DNA of 49,768 nucleotides from contig PFJN01000068.1 in assembly GCA_002783105.1 (NCBI GenBank), positions 1-49,768 on the forward strand, written 5' to 3'. This stretch comes from Candidatus Pacebacteria bacterium CG_4_10_14_3_um_filter_34_15 (lineage in GTDB: Bacteria > Patescibacteriota > Microgenomatia > UBA1400 > PJMF01). Of the stretch, positions 44,859 through 49,768 are shown in pieces. Position numbers and translations under genes: made by a program. The notes beneath the pieces are model-generated. The model saw only the letters and a program-made list of their open reading frames with translations, was not told where the DNA came from and did not search any database. The first letter of the stretch is position 1. Every line of letters starts with the position of its first letter.

Positions 44859-45324
44859 TTGTATCTTTTGTCTAATTGCAAAAGGAGAAATACCATCTCA
44901 TCAAATTTGGTCGGATGAAAAACATCTAGCATTTTTATCTATATTTCCAAATACTGAGGGTTTTACAGTCGTTGCCCCAAAAGAACATTATGGAAGTTAT
45001 GCTTTTGAACAAAATGATAATGTTTTGAAAGACTTAATTATCGCAACCAAAAAAACTGCAAAAATTTTAGATAATTATTTTGAAGATGTTTCCAGAACCG
45101 GAATGTTTTTCGAAGGATTTGGAGTTGATCATCTACATGCAAAACTTTTTCCCATGCACGGAACCGGAAACTTAAGTGAATGGAAACCAATTGAAAGTAA
45201 AAAGAACACTACATACTTCGAACAATATCCAGGATTTTTGTCTTCTAATGATTCATCGCCAGCAGATAATGAAAAATTAGCCAAGTTAGCAGAGGCTATC
45301 AGACAAAGCGAACTGCATAATTAA
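44848..45324 (+). CDS. HIT-family nucleotide hydrolase/transferase with a variant triad (H-L-H-A-K)
   Basis: MKNNCIFCLIAKGEIP and FPNTEGFTVVAPKEH fit the family, and the triad region reads VDHLHAKLFP. ATG 44848 overlaps the upstream gene by 11 nt; the track ORF start at 44800 lies inside the DHH gene. Confidence 0.75.
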   Translation: MKNNCIFCLIAKGEIPSHQIWSDEKHLAFLSIFPNTEGFTVVAPKEHYGSYAFEQNDNVLKDLIIATKKTAKILDNYFEDVSRTGMFFEGFGVDHLHAKLFPMHGTGNLSEWKPIESKKNTTYFEQYPGFLSSNDSSPADNEKLAKLAEAIRQSELHN

Positions 45325-45329
45325 TGTTA

Positions 45330-45409
45330 CAAGGTGAATGGCGATAGCCAGAGAGGGTACCCTGGGGTACAAGGTGAATGGCGATAGCCAGAGAGGGTAC
45401 CCTGGGGTA
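45330..45409 (+). repeat. REP-like structured repeat, exact 2 x 40-nt tandem (locus B)
   Basis: caaggtgaatggcgatagccagagagggtaccctggggta occurs twice back to back (45330-45369 and 45370-45409). Confidence 0.95.
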
Positions 45410-45413
45410 TAAT
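45408..45413 (+). promoter_or_regulatory. candidate -10 box (TATAAT) formed at the junction of the last repeat unit, upstream of rpsU
   Basis: ggggTATAAT lies 67 nt upstream of the rpsU ATG, which has a GGAGAGGAGGTGA SD. Confidence 0.4.
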
Positions 45414-45480
45414 ACAATCCTTGTCTTGATAAATAATCATAATTGAAATCAAAACACATTTGGAGAGGAGGTGAGTAAGA

Positions 45481-45732
45481 ATGCCTATCATAATAAAAGC
45501 AAAAGCTGGCGATAGCACTCACGATATAATTAAAAAATTTAAAAAAGCAGTTGTTAATTCTGATATTGTTCAGAAAACAAGAGATAGGAAATATTACATC
45601 AAACCTTCTCAAGAAAGAGCTGTTAAAAAAACAGAACTAAGAAGACTTAGAAAACGCTCTAGAAGTTTGAAGAAAATGAAAAATATTTCTCAAACTGCGC
45701 TACAAAGAATTAGCGAGAGACTAAGTAAATAA
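45481..45732 (+). CDS. rpsU: 30S ribosomal protein S21
   Basis: Small basic protein with the S21 pattern (KKFKKAV...KPSQERAVKK...LRKRSR) and a strong SD. Confidence 0.9.
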   Translation: MPIIIKAKAGDSTHDIIKKFKKAVVNSDIVQKTRDRKYYIKPSQERAVKKTELRRLRKRSRSLKKMKNISQTALQRISERLSK

Positions 45733-45770
45733 TTTTTTAAAATATAATTTTTTTTATAAAAATCTAATAA

Positions 45771-46292
45771 TTAGGAGTTGGGATTACCTTTTACCTTAGC
45801 TCTAATATCAAATTCCCATTGATCACCAGAACTGGTGTCAAAACTTTTTGAGTTTGTCATTGAATAAAAATTAATCAAATGATTACTTAGCGTCTCTTCT
45901 ATTTCTTTTTTCTCCTGATTCAAATCTCCAATAACCAATTTTAAAGAAGTTGCTTGAGGATCACTATTTATTTTTGACTTTCTTTCTTTTACTTGCTCAT
46001 TCATCACATTCACTTCATTTTGAACTTCCTGCAATGGAGCATCATTTTCAAAAAGACTCTTAAAACTCTCTCGCTTTTCTTTTAGCTCATTTTTTACTCT
46101 TGTTAACTCGTTTGCATTTCTTTCAATAATACTTTGTAAATGACTAAGTGTATCAGCAAGTTCGTCAGATGCCTTGACCTCATCATCAGTGCTTGAGCCA
46201 GAAGTACCCACATTACTTTTCCCTGCTTGTGCTAGGGCAGAGATAGCAAGATCCTCGCCGCTCTCTAATTTTTTATCATCATTATCGTTCAT
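45771..46292 (-). CDS. hypothetical coiled-coil protein
   Basis: 173 aa with an acidic N-terminus, a central heptad-like Glu/Lys/Asn-rich region and a short C-terminal beta-like segment; no recognised motif. Confidence 0.5.
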   Translation of the reverse strand: MNDNDDKKLESGEDLAISALAQAGKSNVGTSGSSTDDEVKASDELADTLSHLQSIIERNANELTRVKNELKEKRESFKSLFENDAPLQEVQNEVNVMNEQVKERKSKINSDPQATSLKLVIGDLNQEKKEIEETLSNHLINFYSMTNSKSFDTSSGDQWEFDIRAKVKGNPNS

Positions 46293-46364
46293 ATCTACCT
46301 TTCGTATGAACCCACTTTAACTCATTAAAAGAATAGACTCAATATGTAAACCAATGACTTGGCG

Positions 46365-46372
46365 TGTATACT
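46365..46372 (+). promoter_or_regulatory. extended -10 promoter element (TGTATACT) upstream of pyk
   Basis: TG at 46365-46366 and TATACT at 46367-46372, 36 nt before ATG 46409. Confidence 0.4.
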
Positions 46373-46408
46373 ATAACTATTAAAAAACATATTTAGGAAT
46401 ACGATTTC

Positions 46409-47833
46409 ATGAAAAAATCCACTAAAATAGTGGCGACAATCGGACCTGCTACTGAAACAAAAGAAATAATGATGGATTTAATCAATGCCGGCATGAATGT
46501 CGCTAGATTTAATACCAAGCATGGAACAATTCAGTGGCACCAAACTACAATTGCAAGAATGGTAGAAGTTGCAGCTGAAATGAAAAAGCCAATCGCAATT
46601 TTACTGGACTTACAAGGACCTGAAATTAGAATTACTCTTCCAACAAATGAACCATTTGAAGTAAAAATTGGTGATAATGTTACTTTTACCTCAGATGAAA
46701 CAACTAAGAATCCTAAAACCCCAATCATTCCCCAAATAGTTGTTGATAGTCTAGATATTGGTAGTCAAATATCAATTGATGATGGTTTAGGTGAATTTGA
46801 AATAATTGAAAAAGATACTACTAGTTTTGTAGCAGTTGTAAAAGGTAATTTCAAAATTGGCCAACGAAAAACATTAAACACTCCTGGAAAAATTATCAAT
46901 CTCCCTTCGTTAATTGAAACAGATTTTCAGCAACTTGATGGAGCTGACAACGATCATATAGACTTCATAGGACTCTCATTTGTCAGAAACAAACAAGACA
47001 TAATAGATTTAAGAAGCGAATTGGATAAAAGAAATCTTACTGCTGATATTGTGGCAAAGATTGAGAATCAATCAGCAATCGAAAATTTTGATGAAATATT
47101 AGAAGAAGCAGATGCAATTATGGTTGCCAGAGGTGATTTGGCAGTTGAAGTTCCATTTGAAGAATTATCTCATTGGCAAAAAGTTTTAATTCACAAATCT
47201 AGAGAGGCAGGAAAACCAGTAATAACTGCAACTCAAATGCTAAAATCTATGGTCGAGAATCCAAGACCAACAAGAGCTGAGGTATCCGACGTTGCAAATG
47301 CAATCTACGACGGCACAGATGCTGTAATGCTTTCAGAAGAAACCACAATTGGAGCATATCCAATTAAAGCAGTAGAAACCCAAGCTAAAATTGCAGCTTT
47401 CAATGAAACTTTTGCCGAAGCAAAACCAATTAGAACTTCTGATTTTGACAGTACTGCCTATATTGCTCATTCTGCTGTTTCACTATTAGAAATTTCTTCA
47501 ATAGAAGATAATGACATAATGATAGATAAAATTATTTGTTTAACTGAAACTGGAAGAACAGCAAAATTGATTTCAAGATTTAGACAAAACGTTCCTATCC
47601 ACGCAATCACAAGTAATGAGCAAACATTTAAAAAACTAAATCTTGTTTTTAATGTTACTCCACATATAATTAAATTATCTGGCAACTCTTTACTAGAAAA
47701 TTCCGAAAAATTGGTGGAAGAACTAAAAAATAATAATATCGTAAAATCTGGTGAAAATGTACTTTTAGTGCATGGAAAATACTGGATAAAGCAAGGTTTA
47801 ACAAATACATTATCAATTATTCAAATTCCTTAA
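46409..47833 (+). CDS. pyk: pyruvate kinase
   Basis: Motifs TKIVATIGPA, MVARGDLAVEVP, ATQMLKSM and MLSEETT. Confidence 0.96.
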   Translation: MKKSTKIVATIGPATETKEIMMDLINAGMNVARFNTKHGTIQWHQTTIARMVEVAAEMKKPIAILLDLQGPEIRITLPTNEPFEVKIGDNVTFTSDETTKNPKTPIIPQIVVDSLDIGSQISIDDGLGEFEIIEKDTTSFVAVVKGNFKIGQRKTLNTPGKIINLPSLIETDFQQLDGADNDHIDFIGLSFVRNKQDIIDLRSELDKRNLTADIVAKIENQSAIENFDEILEEADAIMVARGDLAVEVPFEELSHWQKVLIHKSREAGKPVITATQMLKSMVENPRPTRAEVSDVANAIYDGTDAVMLSEETTIGAYPIKAVETQAKIAAFNETFAEAKPIRTSDFDSTAYIAHSAVSLLEISSIEDNDIMIDKIICLTETGRTAKLISRFRQNVPIHAITSNEQTFKKLNLVFNVTPHIIKLSGNSLLENSEKLVEELKNNNIVKSGENVLLVHGKYWIKQGLTNTLSIIQIP

Positions 47834-47850
47834 CTGGAAGAGAGGTTATT

Positions 47851-48117
47851 ATGGGAAAGAAATCAGGAAGTTTTTTATCACTATTAACAGGTATCGCTTT
47901 AGGAGCTGCGGCTATATTTTTTTCAAAAGCCGAAAATAGAGATAAAACAAAAAAATTAGCAAAAGAAACAGTTGAGAAAGCAAAAGTTGAAGTAAACAAA
48001 GCCGCAACAAAAGCTAAAGTTGTTACTAAAAAAGTAACTTCTAAAGGCAAGAAGATCAAAAGCAAAATTAAATCAGACGTAAAAGAGATTAAGAAAATCG
48101 CTGCAGCAAAAAAATAA
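47851..48117 (+). CDS. YtxH-like small membrane-anchored Lys-rich protein
   Basis: N-terminal helix FLSLLTGIALGAAAIFF followed by a Lys/Ala-rich helical tail. Confidence 0.55.
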   Translation: MGKKSGSFLSLLTGIALGAAAIFFSKAENRDKTKKLAKETVEKAKVEVNKAATKAKVVTKKVTSKGKKIKSKIKSDVKEIKKIAAAKK

Positions 48118-48134
48118 CTAATTTATTGTCGGCG

Positions 48135-49355
48135 CTAATATTTATACCAATCTTTAAGTTTTTGGTCTATTGATCCGTCATAGAATTGCTCTATGTATTC
48201 CTTTTGCGTTTGATTTCCAAGTAAATATTTTAGACTTCTAATATTAACAAAAATTCTCGGTATAAAGTTTATAAAAGCAAAAAGGGCTAAAAGAATCAAT
48301 ATTTTATTGTTTGTTAGCTTGGAATTGAAAGTTTTTAAAACTGAAATTTCAAGAATCAGCATTGATATAAATCCCGATATAGCATATCTTGTGGATACGG
48401 GTGGTAAATACCACCATATCAGCCATTGTGAAATTGAAAAAACAAATAAAATCAATAATCTTTTGTTTCTAAATATCTCCTTTATTTTAAAAACCACTGG
48501 TATTAATAGTATTGAAATTAACGGTGAAACATAATCTCTGGCAATAATTAATTTAAATGGAGAAAACAATAATAATACCGTACGATCGAAAATGTATTTA
48601 ATGAAGTTATCCTGACCGCCAATTTCCGATAATTTTTGTAAGTGAACTGAAAATGAATAAAATGGATTTCCTGTTATTGAATATGAATTTAAATAAAAAT
48701 ATGCCGGAATAATGAGTGGGAAGAGCAAAACAGAAACTAAAATTAATCGCGAAATAAGATTTTGAAATTTAGAAAATATCTTTTCAGACGATTTTATAAA
48801 AATATATAGATATGCTGGCAACAAAAATATTGAAAATAGTTTTGTTGCTAAACTTGCACTAAATGAAAAAACAGATCTAAAACTGTCGCTAATATTATTT
48901 GATTTTATGCTCTTTATAAGAAAATAGATTGCCAATATTTCCCAAAAAGCTTTTGCTACATCGACATAAAAACTAGAGGATTGCCAAGAAATTACTTGAA
49001 AAGTAGATACCAAGATAATGATTCCAAGTGAAAGTTTGAAATTAAAAAATATTCTTGATAATTTGTAAGTTGCAAATATAAGTCCGGTAGCAAAAAAGTA
49101 AGCTATAACTTTTGTTCCAGTTTCACCAGAAAAATAATAGCCAACTAAAAAGAACATATCGGAAAATAGGGGGTTTAGTGATTGATAAAACTCTGGAGAA
49201 AAAATTATTGAGCCATTTTTAAGAATGCCATCAACAACAGGTAAGTGATACCAAACAGCATCAAAACCAGTTTCAGGCACTAAAATTTGTATGAAGTGCG
49301 AAAGCCAAATAATGATCAAAAAATTAATTAGGTGGTGTTTTTTTATTTCAAACAT
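48135..49355 (-). CDS. polytopic membrane protein, GT-C (GT39/ArnT/PMT-like) glycosyltransferase candidate
   Basis: About 11-12 TM segments, with a first-loop acidic/aromatic motif (PETGFDAVWYH). The start is set to ATG 49355 because the track ORF start at 49451 would run into tRNA-Arg. Confidence 0.45.
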   Translation of the reverse strand: MFEIKKHHLINFLIIIWLSHFIQILVPETGFDAVWYHLPVVDGILKNGSIIFSPEFYQSLNPLFSDMFFLVGYYFSGETGTKVIAYFFATGLIFATYKLSRIFFNFKLSLGIIILVSTFQVISWQSSSFYVDVAKAFWEILAIYFLIKSIKSNNISDSFRSVFSFSASLATKLFSIFLLPAYLYIFIKSSEKIFSKFQNLISRLILVSVLLFPLIIPAYFYLNSYSITGNPFYSFSVHLQKLSEIGGQDNFIKYIFDRTVLLLFSPFKLIIARDYVSPLISILLIPVVFKIKEIFRNKRLLILFVFSISQWLIWWYLPPVSTRYAISGFISMLILEISVLKTFNSKLTNNKILILLALFAFINFIPRIFVNIRSLKYLLGNQTQKEYIEQFYDGSIDQKLKDWYKY

Positions 49356-49444
49356 TAACGATATTCTAACAGACAAAACCCACACTTTAAAAATTTGCTT
49401 GAGAGAATTAGAATAATTTGGTTTATAATATAACCCCATGATGG

Positions 49445-49517
49445 GCGCCAATAGCTCAGTGGATAGAGCAACTGCCTTCTAAGCAGTAGGTCCCTGGTTC
49501 GAGTCCAGGTTGGCGCA
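49445..49517 (+). tRNA. tRNA-Arg (anticodon UCU)
   Basis: Acceptor GCGCCAA/TTGGCGC, D arm GCTC-AGTGGATA-GAGC, anticodon arm ACTGC-CTTCTAA-GCAGT, T arm CCTGG-TTCGAGT-CCAGG, discriminator A. Confidence 0.93.
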
Positions 49518-49533
49518 CTTGAAGATTTAACCT

Positions 49534-49609
49534 GGTGTTTGTAGCTCAGTTGGTTTAGAGCGCCGCTCTGTGGCAGCGGAGGTCGCGGGTTCAAATCCCG
49601 TCAGACACC
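49534..49609 (+). tRNA. tRNA-His (anticodon GUG) with encoded G-1
   Basis: G-1 plus acceptor GTGTTTG/CAGACAC (one G.U), anticodon arm CCGCT-CTGTGGC-AGCGG, T arm GCGGG-TTCAAAT-CCCGT, discriminator C opposite G-1. Confidence 0.92.
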
Positions 49610-49716
49610 CATCCTTTTAATCTGAAAAAAGGCAACCCAACCGAGAATTAAAAGAGGTTTTTTAATTTTAATATGTCAATCTATATTATAGGATTGAAAT
49701 TCACAATTCTTAATAC

Positions 49717-49748
49717 AACCTGCATTCGCACATGAAGTGCAACACTTT
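49717..49748. repeat. 32-nt dispersed motif, copy 2
   Basis: aacctgcattcgcacatgaagtgcaacacttt is 28/32 identical to the reverse complement of 41-72. Confidence 0.7.
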
Positions 49749-49768
49749 GTTAATTTTTAATGTTTGTT

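Noticed and set aside
45330-45409. Tandem 40-nt repeats as a mini CRISPR array
   Set aside because: The units are directly adjacent with no spacers, there are only two copies, and no cas genes are in the window.
45286-45612. Minus-strand ORFs of 108 and 63 aa across the repeat region
   Set aside because: They overlap the HIT gene end, the tandem repeat and rpsU on the opposite strand. They are created by the repeat sequence, and their composition is not protein-like.
49355-49594. 79-aa minus-strand ORF and the first 32 codons of the 438-aa track ORF
   Set aside because: Both run through tRNA-Arg and tRNA-His. The membrane-protein gene was trimmed to ATG 49355.

Overview
AT-rich (about one third G+C by hand counts) bacterial chromosomal segment, densely packed with about 47 protein genes, 3 tRNAs and one SAM riboswitch, read with the standard genetic code. 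Most content is housekeeping: metK, split transketolase, ldh, mutM, a complete F1Fo ATP synthase operon, two Gre factors, class I LysRS, SerRS, archaeal-type ProRS, secA, prs, rpsU and pyk. There are also transporters (P-type ATPase, CNNM/CBS, MFS, DMT) and a 4-gene alpha-glucan operon (GT4/5 synthase-like, GH57, GH15, sugar kinase). This gene set, the very short intergenic gaps and several minimised or fused proteins fit a reduced-genome Patescibacteria/CPR-like bacterium; that assignment is inference only. I found no CRISPR array, no transposase or integrase, and no recognisable defence operon. The parts worth a second look are listed here. (1) A family of ~40-nt structured REP-like repeats at three loci, with compensatory base changes; two loci are tandem, and one copy ends in a TATAAT box. 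(2) An att-like duplication of the tRNA-Lys 3' end bracketing a 159-bp segment that carries one of those repeats. (3) A GC-rich (~58%) orphan membrane-protein cassette at the left edge. (4) A minimal [FeFe]-hydrogenase H-domain-like protein translationally coupled to a small membrane protein. (5) A class I LysRS fused to a B3/4 domain. (6) An ATP synthase with a delta subunit reduced to its C-terminal domain and an acidic insertion in subunit a. (7) A recurrent promoter-to-ATG geometry suggesting leaderless mRNAs. (8) An orphan DUF4258 toxin-like gene flanked by unusually long hairpins.
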